From Octopus vulgaris (taxonomy: Eukaryota), in contig OX597817.1 in NCBI GenBank assembly GCA_951406725.2, positions 119,412,001-119,476,000 on the forward strand: 64,000 bases of DNA, read 5' to 3'. Below, in pieces: positions 13,072-25,338 of this stretch. The translations under genes and the position numbers were made by a program. The notes beneath the pieces are model-generated. The model was given only the letters and a program-made list of their open reading frames with translations, did not search any database and had not been told where the DNA came from. Position 1 is the first letter of the stretch. Each line of letters starts with the position of its first letter.

Positions 13072-14195
13072 CTTTAAAAGGAAGCAAATAAGTATTTGAG
13101 GAAGAAAACTTTCTACAGTTTCATAAATAGCAATACCTATAAAAATGAATCTGTTACATGTAAATGCAACAAACCTGATGTTCTCTACAAGTATATTGAA
13201 TGTTGGCAACAAAGTAAGTTCAACATTATTCCTATTTCTTTATATTTTTAGTTTATTATAAATAAAGCCTTTGTATATTTTTCATTTCAATATGCCTTTC
13301 TCATTTTTAAATGATATTCAAGTTTACTTTACTAGTACTCAGAGAATGATATAAGAATAAAATGCATATTCAAGAATGAATGCCAGTAGCACAGCGTATT
13401 GAAATGCCTCAGCTATTAGGCAACAGAAATCTCCCTAACAGTTGCAAACAATGATAACATGTATGAAATTAATATAAAAGCTACAGATTTGATACTGTAA
13501 TTATGTGTACATCATCCATATGTAAAGTCACATGACTATATAACAAAAACACTTATAAAATAACCTAAAAAGAGTGAGCTTTCTTCTCAAAGTGCAGAAA
13601 AGACTAGAATGTGTTGATTAGATTAAACCAAAAATTTAAAAACATAGGTATTTTTTTCTGTTTACATCCACTGACAAAGAATGCACATATGAATATGAAC
13701 ATGCTCATGGCAACAGAGTTGCTTCAACCCTATCTAAACTGACAAAAGAACCTTTTAGAATTTCAAAGCAACCAGATCTTATTGTGTTACAAAGGAGATA
13801 AAAAAAAAAATGGGAGATACATAAAAAGAAATGCAAGCACAATCATTTGAGCATATCTATAGTCTTGTGATAAGCTAGTATATATTTTATTAAATAAAAA
13901 AAAAATGAAAATCAACAAAAATGCTAGAAACTCTTAAACAAACAGCTCATTATTTTGGATCTAGCATGTTATCAATAGGTGATATCAATCCAAACTTGTT
14001 TATCAACAGTTTGAACACCCACTTCATAGAAAACACTTATAACAGTTTTAATAATTTTTTTGTGATATTACTCAGAGCTCATTATCTGATCACTTAACAA
14101 AACTCTAAGAGTAAAAAAAGAAATCACGCATTTTGCATACATGAATAAGTATGTGCACTATGAATATGTGTATAATTATGTGTGTGCATGCATGC

Positions 14196-14226
<31 letters not shown>

Positions 14227-14982
14227 GATGTGTGTATGCATATATATATATATATATATATATACAGACAGAGAGAGAGAGAGAGAGAGGGGTTATGGTT
14301 AGATAGATAGATAGATATATGTTGTATGTAAATTATATATTAAAACCTCCACTACTGCCTGGAAAATCATTCCCTACTTATTTAAAACAGCTGTCATCAA
14401 ACCATGAGATTTAATATCTAGGATCCACCTGCTATCATTTGGTGAAATAAAGTGCACCAACTGCTAAGAGCACCATTTGTTGCATTATAGGAACATTTCT
14501 GAGATTCCAAAAGAAATTTGCACTGCACTTTTAGTGGCAGGTTATCAAAAAAAGAAAATAATTGAAACTATGGATAACAGTATGCAACAAACTAATGCCA
14601 TAAAGCAAAAAAGGACTGCAATAGGAAGTGATACAGTAATGCTATAAGAAAACCTGTGATTACTGGAACATCTAATAAAACAGAAAAATTAATTAGTTTT
14701 ATCTAATGTAGTATTAATTTTAAACACATGCAATGAATACAGTTTTGTTGAAGGATGATTATTATTATGTCTTTAAATCCTGATTTATAAAACCTATTTC
14801 TGAAAGTTAATGTACTTTCCTAAGAATAGAAAAATAGTATTCCAAATTTCCTTGCTGCATTTGGTATGATAATAATACTGACACTGAATGAGATGCATAG
14901 TAAATAAAATAAAACTACTAAATTTCTGAAATGTATTCATCGTGATTCAATACAAGGAGAATTGGCATACACACACACGTGC

Positions 14983-15037
<55 letters not shown>

Positions 15038-15264
15038 TATGTATGCATACATATACACATATACATACACATTCATACACCCTTGTGCACACACACAAAC
15101 ATACAATTCATATAGAAAAAGGAACGTGATGATGAAATGATGATGATGATTACATTGCCTTTGGATCTAAACTGTTACTGTGGTGATATATGACATGCAT
15201 AGGCCATTTTATTTAATCCAATGGAGATCATCTTTTCCAGATGGCCACAGTTGATTTCTTAGAC

Positions 15265-15609
15265 CAGCATTTCTCAACTGGGGTTCCCTAGAACACTAGG
15301 GTTCAACAAAAGGTTCCTAGGTGTTCAGCAAGAAAGAGTGAGATAAGCTAATGCTAATTTCCTGATTGTAATAGTACTAATCAAGCACAGCATATTATTG
15401 GTTATTGTAATATTGTAATATAGACATCATGCTATCTAACCTATTATGTTATCAATATATATATATATATATAATATGATATTTACCACATGAACTATGA
15501 TGAAAAAGCACAGGAAATATATGGTATATATTCTTTTTGTGCAGGAGTTCCTTGAAACATGCAATTTATTTTAAGGGGTACTCAATGGTAAAAAGGTTGA
15601 GAAATACTG
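15265..15609. mobile_element. Non-autonomous hAT (Charlie-like) MITE, 345 bp
   Basis: TIRs cagcatttctcaact / ggttgagaaatactg (13/15); perfect 8-bp target-site duplication tcttagac at 15257-15264 and 15610-15617. Confidence 0.92.
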
Positions 15610-16298
15610 TCTTAGACAGACAGACAGACAGACAAAGAGGAAGTGAGACATCAAGATTTGAACTCAAAGTACAGGGTGCCAGAACGTGTACCACAATGCA
15701 TTCTCACTACAGCTCATTTGACTTAACCATTTCACTTCCTTATGTGACATATAGAAAGAAAAAGATTGAAGAGATTTGAAAATATATGATATAGATATAT
15801 GAATAGACACCCATACACAATGTTAACATAAGCATGTCTGCATAAACAAATATATATACACATAGACACAAATAAAATTTGTATTATAAGATATATTATC
15901 CTTTCCAAAAAAATATAAGTATTAAAAGATACTGATAAACAAAACAGTAGTAAAACTAAGAATGTGTCTTGCTAACAAGTAGATACAATTAAGCAACTAG
16001 CATCGAGCCATATCTCTGCCAGCTTCATATTTTTAAAAGTTTAAATAGAAGTATTTGAGGAAAAAAACTAATTGAAAAATGGTCTCAGATTCCAAAAAGG
16101 GTTATATGCATGATTAGTGAGGTATATATTTGTATAGTCAAGTCTGACCATTGAAAACAAGTATACGTGCAAATTACGGTTTAAATGAGGATATAAGTAT
16201 ACAGGTAAAAACTATAATACATGAAGTCAGTTGATACTATTATAGAAACTTATTGTATTGTTCAGAATATTATTTTGTATGGTACATGAAAATAACTG

Positions 16299-16335
<37 letters not shown>

Positions 16336-16339
<4 letters not shown>

Positions 16340-16850
16340 GTGTAGTTAAAAAGTATCCGCCCTTTCGGTTCAAAGACGGCCACACCTCAGTGGACAATGA
16401 GCCACATTGTGGCCAGACAATTAACAAAGAATGCTACCTGGGTATTCCTTGTCACTTTCGTGAAGCTGTGTGGAGTAAACAACCTGACCTGTGGGCAGCA
16501 AAGAACTGGAAACTCTACAATGACAACACACCCACTCATTCTGCCCGCACCATCCAAAAATTCCTCATCACTTGTTCATCAGGCTTGGATCCATGTGACT
16601 TTTAACTATTCCCAAAACTCAAAGGGAGAAGATTTGAATCAATAGAGGACATTAAGCAAAATTCGATGGCACAGCTCTACAGCATCCCAAAAAGTGACTT
16701 CCAGAAATGTTTCCAGCAGTGGCAGGAATGCTGGCAGAAATGTGTAGATGCCCAAGAGAAATACTTTGAGAGAAACTAAATCAAAATGGTGAGTTCTTTA
16801 ATATTACTTGTATTTTGGCTAAAGATTGGATACTTTTTGACTACATCTCA
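16336..16850 (+). mobile_element. Internally deleted mariner transposon (second lineage), 515 bp, inserted in (TA)n
   Basis: TIRs tgaggtgtagttaaaaagtatcc / ggatactttttgactacatctca (21/23), TA flanks; relic GQTINKECYL..REAVWSKQPDLWAAKNWKLYNDNTPTHSA and PCDF*LFPKLKGRRFESIEDIK..CFQQWQECWQKCVDAQEKYFE. Confidence 0.93.
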
Positions 16851-18365
16851 TATATATATATATAATATATATATATATATATGAGATCTTGAGATATATA
16901 AAAAAAAGGAAAGGTAGGTGCTGAGGTAAAAAATGTTAAGTTTTCATCAAGAGTAGAGGAACACCAATGAAATATACTGAGGTAGGTGAGAGATATTTCC
17001 ATTCTTAGATACGTATTAACCTTATGCTATACTTTTGTGAGAACCACTATACAAAGGAGAATATCAAGAGTCAATGACACATAGGCTATAAAGAATATAT
17101 GCAGCCTTCTTTCTCAATTAACATGACCATTTCTACAGAGAACAGCATTAAGAATGAAAGGATTAGGAAAATTTCTGGACGTAATTAATATCATATGCTG
17201 AAGATTAAGCAATTTTAAACAGAATTTATTTGTAGAATTTTTATTACCAGCTACTAAGGTAAATTTAATGACTTCTTAATAACTGGGAAAGACTATTGTC
17301 AGTTAATGGCACAAAGTTCCAGTGTAATTTGTGTCTTGTTAATATTCTATAGTGATAGACAAATGAGTAATTTGATGGCAATGAAGATGAGAACAATGCT
17401 CTTACTTGAGCTCTTTCACTCATGAATAAAAGTTTCAGGAAAACTTAAAGTCAATTATGACCCATTGAAAACCAACTTAAAAATCATTTGCCTAATTTCT
17501 TTGTACAAACATTATTAAGAGTGATATATAGCTGGGTTGAATAAGAAATAACCCAGTATTATCGGATACCCAGATGTTCAATTGAAAATGCTCAAGGTAC
17601 TTAGAAATGAAGTGGATCACAGTATGTGAGGTAGTAATATACAAATGACAAGCTTGATGTATATGAAGTGTAAGAAATAAGAAAAGTGTACATTAAAAGT
17701 AGACAAAGATTTAGAAATTAGGCTTATGTAGAATAGCAGGCATCATAAAATAAGTCAATATGTTGCATAAAAACATTAAGAGCATTGAAATATTTCAAAC
17801 TTTAAAAAAAATGTGTTTCAAGATAACTTTCATTCCTGTTCTGTCTTCTGCACTTGTGACCTCATTGATGTCTTTGCTATTATTACAAAGAAATTCAGGA
17901 TTAAATGTTTGAGAGGAATTTCTGTATGCAGATAATCCAAGCTACGATCAGGGAAAATGACATTTGTGTCAATTTCAATATGATCAAATGAATATGAGCA
18001 AAACTTTGAAATGTCTTTTCTATCAACATCAGAAAGAGAGCAATAAGGTTCAATAGTGTAGATGAATTGAATATGGCTCAGTATTCTGTTAGCATTTCAC
18101 TGTTGCACAAACTACAACAAAGAAATCAATGTTATTTTTGTTTGTGTCCAAAGCATTTTCATAAGTTTGTTCTAAACATACATGTTTGTTTTCAGACTCT
18201 TAGCTAACCCTTGTTTAACACATTCTGAGTGATATAAAAGTGTTCTTGTCATAATTCCCAAATTACTCTAGTGGCTGAAAGAAATGGGAATATGTATCAT
18301 AAATGGTTCATGAACACCAGGGAATTATGCCCTGTATATCATGTGTTACACACAGGGAAGGCAAA

Positions 18366-18770
18366 TGGTTAACACCAGGCTTGTCTTGAACAAGCATTGC
18401 AACTGTAACCATATCGTCTCTTTTCCAAACATACAGGATGGTGCAAAAGTAGATATAGAGTTATGGAAAAAGAAAACATGTACAATGCTCATTCGTTTTT
18501 ATCAAAAAAATTAAAAGTTATGATAAATGTATTATTATGATTAATGACACTGAAAATATCAAAAATGAGGCTGAATAATTCAATGTGCTAATAATTCTAA
18601 TGAATTAAGTATTATAACATTGATGCGATACTTACTGTATACCTACTTTTGCACACACAGCCCTCCCCTGTATACTACAGCTAACATGCCCTTTTAATTG
18701 TTTTTAAGATAGTAAAGTGCAATTTGAGAGAGATTTGGTTCCTGTTCTTGCGTGTTGAACAATAATGCTC
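18366..18770 (+). repeat. Unclassified interspersed family E copy, interrupted by a MITE
   Basis: Shares ..accat..gtctcttt and taagatagtaaagtgcaatttgagagagatttggt with copies at 32848 and 52405. Confidence 0.5.
18434..18670. mobile_element. Tc1/mariner-superfamily MITE, ~237 bp
   Basis: ta|caggatggtgcaaaagtagatatagag ... ctgtatacctacttttgcac(acacagccctc)ccctg|ta; inverted core matches 18/20, TA on both sides. Confidence 0.75.
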
Positions 18771-20113
18771 AAGATCAGAGTAAATTATGTTTTATAGTTA
18801 ATCTTTAACGCATCTGTACAAGAAGTGCCATTTGTGGCTACACAACAAGTACAGATAACTATATGTGCAATGAGAAATGGAGGAAGATAGTTTACATCAA
18901 TGTTTTATCAATGTAGTTAGCCTGCTGGCCTTCATAGGAGAATGGACCAATGGAAGATTTCAGATGTTTTCAGTCAAGCACATTTCAAAATAAAAAGAAA
19001 GGGATATTAAATAAACTCTTATAGAATGAATTAATTAGCTCTATTATTGAGAAGAGGCTTAGCTAATTAATTTTCATCTGAAATTGTCATATTGATACCA
19101 GCTGATGTGAATCTATGTTTATATATCGATAATGTCATATTATACAAGAAAGATTTCTTGCCAACTCGCAGTTTTAGTGCCAAAATTATTTTACTGTGAG
19201 ATTATATTAGACATATGCAAATTGTTTGTCATGTTTATACCAACATAGAACAATGGATGTTTAAACATTGTTGATAATATACGTATATTACATATATATG
19301 TATATGAGGGTTTATGTATATGTAAATGTAAGTGGTACCGTTAAGCACACACACCTACTTAAATGCCTCTTATATTTGTATTAGCATGTGCACATATATG
19401 TGTGAATGTGTGCTTGAATATTTATGCAAGAAAGGATGGATATACAGATGAATACACACCATGATAATTTTCCTTTTATTTTAAAATAGTACCATTTTAA
19501 CATCATGTATGATTGATTATGATTACAAGTGTTATTTGACAATAAATATACTTGATCCAAGTAATTCATAAGCAGATACTCAAATGTACAGACAGATGTA
19601 ATTTTTCATCATAAACATTGAACCAACTGTGCTGAACAAGCCTGTCCTAGCAGTGTTAAGTGACTGATAAATTACCTAGTGGAGATAAATTAGTACAGTT
19701 AAAAACAGCTAAAACCAAATATAGTATCTGATTCAGGAGATGAAATGGCAGTGAATCTGTAGTATAATCAGTAATGTTGTCACCATTTAAATGTTATATA
19801 TCTATACTTAGAGGTCCTGTTTCTATTTTTCTGTTTCAAATTGGCATTTATCGCAAATAAAATTTACATTATATCTCAAAAATGAATTTCTTACAGTGAC
19901 ATCTTTAACATTTTAAAATGGAAAGGTAGATTTTAAAGTCAATAACACTTACAACATATAACTACCAAAAGGACTGAAGTTTATACTTCTCATAACTCAT
20001 TATTATATATATAAGAAATATACTTTGTGTAAACCTTTATATTATATATATATGCATGTTTGTATATATGCATATATACATATATGTGTATGAGTGTGTG
20101 TATGTATACATAT

Positions 20114-20620
20114 ATTCTTTTATTCTTTTACGTGTTACAGTCATTTGACTGCAGCCATGCTGGAGCACCACCTTTTAGGCAAAGAAATCGAACCCAAGAC
20201 TTTTTTTCTTTTTCTTTTTTTTTGTAAGTCTGGTACTTATTCTATCAACCACTTTTGCTGAACCACTACTTTATAGAGACATAAACACACGAACATTAGT
20301 TGTCAAGTGATGGTGGGGGCAGAGTGATACATACATACATACATACATACATACATACATACATACATACATACATACATACATACATACATACATACAT
20401 ACATACATACATACATACATACATACATACATACATACATACATACATACATACATACATACATACATGATGGGCTTCTTTCAGTTTCAGTCTATCAGAT
20501 CCACTTACAAGGCTTTGGTTGGCCCAAGGCTATAGTAGAAGACACTTGCCAAAGGTGCCAAACAGTGGGACTGAACCCAGAACCATGTAGTTGGGAAACA
20601 AGCTTCTTACCACACAGCCA
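20114..20620 (-). mobile_element. SINE family A, full length, containing a long (TACA)n
   Basis: cagtcatttgactgcagccatgctggagcaccacc..acacttgccaaaggtgcca..gtgggactgaacccagaaccatg..cttcttaccacacagcca. Confidence 0.92.
20328..20468. repeat. Pure (TACA)n tetranucleotide microsatellite, ~35 units
   Basis: Uninterrupted atac run. Confidence 0.97.
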
Positions 20621-21543
20621 TTCAATTTGAAACTACATATATATTATCATAAACCAGTCTGCTTCCAGTATAATGGTTTGGCTGCCACCAAGTACTATTA
20701 CTGGTTATGATATACAGAGTAAATGTGAGAGAAATTATGATAAACACATGTGTATATCACTTGTTCTTTCTGATCCTAACAACAGAATAAATTACAAAAA
20801 ATAGTGTTTATCATAATATCTTCTCATAAGTTGTTGCTATCTATTAAGTAATATTACTTAAAATAATCCCCCGTTTCATCTAATATTGAATATCATTAAA
20901 AAAAAACAACCCCAGAAAACATTTCATTTCTTATACACTAGAAATTTAGATTTAAAATTCTTATATATACCTTCTAAGCTACCTTTCAGCACATTTGAGG
21001 GATTTAAACATATTTGATATGTCTAATTCCCATTTATACTTTAACTGTAAGTATATTAAGAGAATGTTTAAGAATATTTCCAGTTGATTAATTTCTATTG
21101 TGAGTATAATAAATATTCTTAATTTAAATTAATTAAATGCTTTGGAACCCAATATGTACCTGAAGAAATATCATGCAACAAAATGTCAGAAAAAAGAGTA
21201 ATCAACTTTCACTTATTTGCTGATAGTTATGGATGAAACTAAGAAATTTTCTAAAAATTCTAAAATAATTGCCTTTATTTTTTCTTTGCTACGGTTTCAG
21301 TCGTTAATATATTTTGGTGATTACCTTATTAAGCATAAGGTCAAAAACTGCAAGCTGGAATATGATGTAAAAATAGTTTGATAAATTTAACATTAATATT
21401 TCTTTCTATTTTTGTTGATAGCGATTATGGGTGAAAACTGTAACAAGGTAAGATATAAACAAATACTTTAGTATAATTTGTGATTAAAATAATTTAAGGT
21501 CAACATTGTTTTTTCTTTTTTTTAATTTTTAGTCATCACTTAC

Positions 21544-21752
21544 TTTTGTCTAAAAACTGGAATATTCCTCGAAATCCAGTGTAATTTCCAGGGCCCGTAT
21601 CAGAATGAAATTCTAAGATGAGACTGCGTCCAGATGAATAATGTTTCTTTTGTATGGTGCTAATGTTGCCACACACTTCATAATTCCAGCTACTGTATTG
21701 GTTCACTTCTGCTCGATCGAGATCCAAGAAGAATTTTAAAAAGTCTGTACAC
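21544..21752 (-). CDS. Internal coding exon (209 nt, phase 2 to phase 1) of a CUB-domain extracellular protein, probably SOL-1 (suppressor of lurcher protein 1)-like
   Basis: Acceptor ttatattattttccAG|G, donor AAA|GTAAGT; encodes CTDFLKFFLDLDRAEVNQYSSWNYEVCGNISTIQKKHYSSGRSLILEFHSDTGPGNYTGFRGIFQFLDK with CUB hallmarks C-x-D-F-L, CG, SSGRSLxLxFHSD, GF. The CUB call is strong; the SOL-1 assignment is from recalled similarity (about 0.55). Confidence 0.9.
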
Positions 21753-22461
21753 CTGGAAAATAATATAAAAATAATAAAACAATTAATTACTTGTGAATAA
21801 TTTGGCAGTTTCAACAATCAACAACTTTAAGTGCAAAAATCATTTACCAAATTCTGAACTTGAAATCTACAAAAAAATTTAAATTATGAGTTGCTGTAAT
21901 AATAATGATGATAATTTCATCTGAAGCAAAACTTTGTATGGAATATTCTGCAGATAATATCAGCTATTTATCATAAATATTTTCTATTCTTTAGTATTCT
22001 TTGTCAGAAATTAGACATATAATTTTTCAGTGTAACCTATTTACCCCAACTTGAAATATGTATAAAGCACATTTATAAGGCTTCATGATCTTAATAATTA
22101 TGCAGTTCTCACTTCATTTAAAACATTTCAAAGTTGTGTAATTGTGAATAATTCATTAAAAACAGACAATGCAAAGAGTTATTGCAATTTTCTCTAATTA
22201 TCAAGTTAATCATGTCTGCAAAGGAATTTTGTTAATACCATGATTTCTACTGTGAAAGTTGATGTGAGCGGATATTAATACTGAATATTTTTAAGGTTTC
22301 AGAACTTGTACAATTAATATCATCAGGCTACACTATACAGTTCACTTCAGATTGAGATCAACCATCAGAGTTTTAGAGAACATAAACAATATTTATTTTA
22401 ATCAAATGTTTCCTTCAAAGGTGTTCTTAAAAAAACTGAAACAATAATTAAATTTTGCATT

Positions 22462-22665
22462 GCTGTTGTTGTTACTGTTGAACCCACAAGACAACTATGA
22501 TAGAGTGAACCTATGATCAAAGATGTTCCAGTTACAACCATTCTATCTTTATGAATGTCAAAGACCAAAATATTTAACATTTCCTTTCTGTCTTTTAAAG
22601 TTGGTCACAAATTTGACTGATATTTATTTCTAGCAAGCAGAATGTGACAATGTAGAAGTTCATTG
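22462..22665 (+). repeat. Unclassified interspersed family E copy
   Basis: gttgtt..acctatgatcaaagatgttccagttacaaccattctatcttt..atttgactgatatttatttctagcaag. Confidence 0.55.
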
Positions 22666-22794
22666 AAATTTAAGTAATACTCAATATTGTTGTTGGTCGT
22701 TTAGCTTTGTGGATGAGAAGTAACTAAAGGAATTTTTAAAGTACCTTCAAACCTAATGTACAAAATACAACAAAATGCTTTGGCACAAGGTATT

Positions 22795-22850
22795 TATAGG
22801 AAGTGAATCCGGTATAGGAAGTGAATCCGGTATAGGAAGTGAATCCGGTA
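22795..22850. repeat. Perfect 18-bp tandem repeat x3 (tataggaagtgaatccgg)
   Basis: Three identical consecutive units starting at 22795, 22813 and 22831. Confidence 0.97.
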
Positions 22851-23152
22851 CATGGAAATGTATGTATAAATGTACGTATGTATGTATGGGCTTAGAATCA
22901 CCAATGTATCAGAGAAGGTGGTGGTGGTGGGGAGGGATATAGTCTATGTACGAAGCTAGAGAGAAAGTGACAAGTTGGATTTAAATAAAGCAATCGATCT
23001 TATTTTGGCTGGGGTTTGGCTTTGTCAGCCTGAGCTGGGTCAAGTGATTGAGGGTGAGGTCTGATGTTGAAAGACCTAAAACCCTCCAAAATTTCAGGAG
23101 CATCAGTGATGATGCATCCTACAGTACCCATGAGAGGTAACATGGAATACAT

Positions 23153-23184
<32 letters not shown>

Positions 23185-24760
23185 ACATACATACATGGAA
23201 AAAGAATTGGGGAGCAACTTTTTTAAAAGAAAAAGGAATAAAATTATATCAAACTGAATTAGAAACAAGGTTTATCAATTGTCTGAATGGAAAAGCTAAA
23301 TGTAAATTCAAAATAAGCTCATCTTCATAAAACTACAGTAAGCACACAAGCAAAGAAATCTACATGTTTCTGATTTAAAAAAAGCAAACTGAAAGAAATG
23401 ACGATGATGGTGGTAGTGGTGGTGGTGATGATGTTAATGATGATGGTAGTGAAGATGATACCACTGATGACAGTAGTGGTAGTGGTAGTAATGATTATGA
23501 TGGTGCCAAGATCCCAAATGGGAAACCAAAGAGAGAATTCAAATTATATCAAGCAATAACAAAACTTAAACAGAAGTGACAAAATATTAATTTGTTTGCT
23601 ATATTTTTCAATTCCTGTTGAAAGCTTTTCCTTTTCTTTTCTTTCTTTATCTTCCTTTTTTATTTATTTTTTTATATATAAATATTCTGAAGAGTCTAAT
23701 GGTGTTTATTTAGCTAAGCTGTCAGGTTTTTCTAGATAAACAACTTCCTTTCACATTTGTGAATATTCTTTGTTTTTCTTTAAGTTTGTTGACATAGTTG
23801 CAATTCATAAGAAAAGGAATTGGGAAGAATATTGGAAGAAAGTATATATATATATATATATATATAAACACACACACACATATATATATATATAAACACA
23901 CACATATATATATATATATAATGTAAAGAAAAGAACTTGTATAATGTATAAAATGTAAAAAAATATATATGTATTGATTATTATTCATAGAAGTTGAGAA
24001 AAATATGGAAATATATGGTTCACGAAGTAGCATAATTATCATTTTTACTATTTACTTGTTTATGATTTATTATTCCAGAATTTTCTGCAAGGACATGGTA
24101 CCATGGTGCAGTATCATCAACTTAATTGAAGGGTTTTCCATATTGGTGGACCATATATTTCAGTCACACTAAGCATTCTCTGTAAATGCCTCCTATTCAA
24201 TAAAATTCTCAACATATCTTGTATAATTAAATTGGGTTTGTATTCAGAAACAGTGGCTATATGAAGTAGTTATTGGTTTTTCCTTTTTTTTTTTTTTTTT
24301 TAGTTCATTTGAACCATTATGTCCAAGAGTATGCTGGGACAAGACATTCATAATGAGCAAATTATAACTGTACCATGGTAAGTAATTTAATGGATACATT
24401 TATTATCAATAAAAAGTTTTAATAATGTGGCCATAATTCAAAAATTGAAAGATTGCATATTTTGTCTCAACATTCCAAGTTTGTCATGATTTATGACTGT
24501 AGTAGATAGTCAAAAAGACAGTATCAGTTTCTTAAAACTAATAACAGTAGCTAAGTAAGAGAAACAATTATAATAAATCCTTTTATAGCCATTGTTCTTA
24601 GAGGCTTAAAGGTACACCAATTTAACAATCTTCATATATACATATTTTGTTGTGGATGAGTTGCATCAATGAATTTAGCTTTAACATAAGCTCTTAGAGA
24701 GAAGAAACCAAGGAAGCATTCAGCAGTAACTCACAATTCAAGAAATATTACAGGACACCA

Positions 24761-24910
24761 CATCATCATCACCATCATCCTTTAATGTCTGTCTTCCAGC
24801 TGATATGGGTTCAATGATTTGAAAGAATCCAACAAACAAGAGTACAGCATCAAGTGCCAATGTCTACTATAGCATGATTTCTATGGCTCAATGCTCTTCC
24901 TAACACCAGA
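24761..24910 (-). mobile_element. Degraded family C retroposon 3' tail
   Basis: (cat)n..tttaatgtctgtcttcca..atgggtt..atttctatggctcaatgctcttcctaacacca, similar to 48721-48865. Confidence 0.6.
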
Positions 24911-24956
24911 ATGCCTTTCATAGTGTGTGTGTATGTGTGTGTGAGTGCAAGCACAC

Positions 24957-25338
24957 ACAGGCATGGTTTTGTGGTAAGATGATTGCTTATCAACTTCATG
25001 TTTCTGAGTTCAGTCCCACTGCATGGCATCTTGGAAAAATGACTTCAACTATAGCCCATGTTGACCAGAACCTTGTGAATGGATTTGGTAACTGGAAACT
25101 GAAAGAAGTCCATCATGTGTGCTCATGCATGTGCATGTGTGCATGTGTGTATTTCTTTGTGCTTGCATTTCTCTCCACTACCACTTGATAACCAGTGTTT
25201 GTTTAAGTCACTGTCACTTAGCATTTTGGCAAAAGAGACTGATAAAATAAGTACGAGGCTTCAACAAATAAGTACTGGGCTCAATTTGTTTGTCTAAAAC
25301 TGCTCAAGGTGGTATCTCAGCATAGCCATGGTCCAATT
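24957..25338 (+). mobile_element. SINE family A, diverged full-length copy
   Basis: caggcatggttttgtggtaag..gagttcagtcccactgcatggcatcttgg..ggaaactgaaagaagtcc..ggcaaaagagactgataaaataagtac..ggtggtatctcagcatagcc. Confidence 0.85.

Noticed and set aside
17300-18250. Higher-complexity stretch that might be a decayed transposase or helicase
   Set aside because: The partial manual translation I tried gave no recognisable motif.
23399-23510. GAT/GGT-rich tract that could encode an acidic or Gly/Ser-rich peptide (similar tract at 10230-10400)
   Set aside because: Degenerate trinucleotide low-complexity DNA without splice signals or a sustained ORF.
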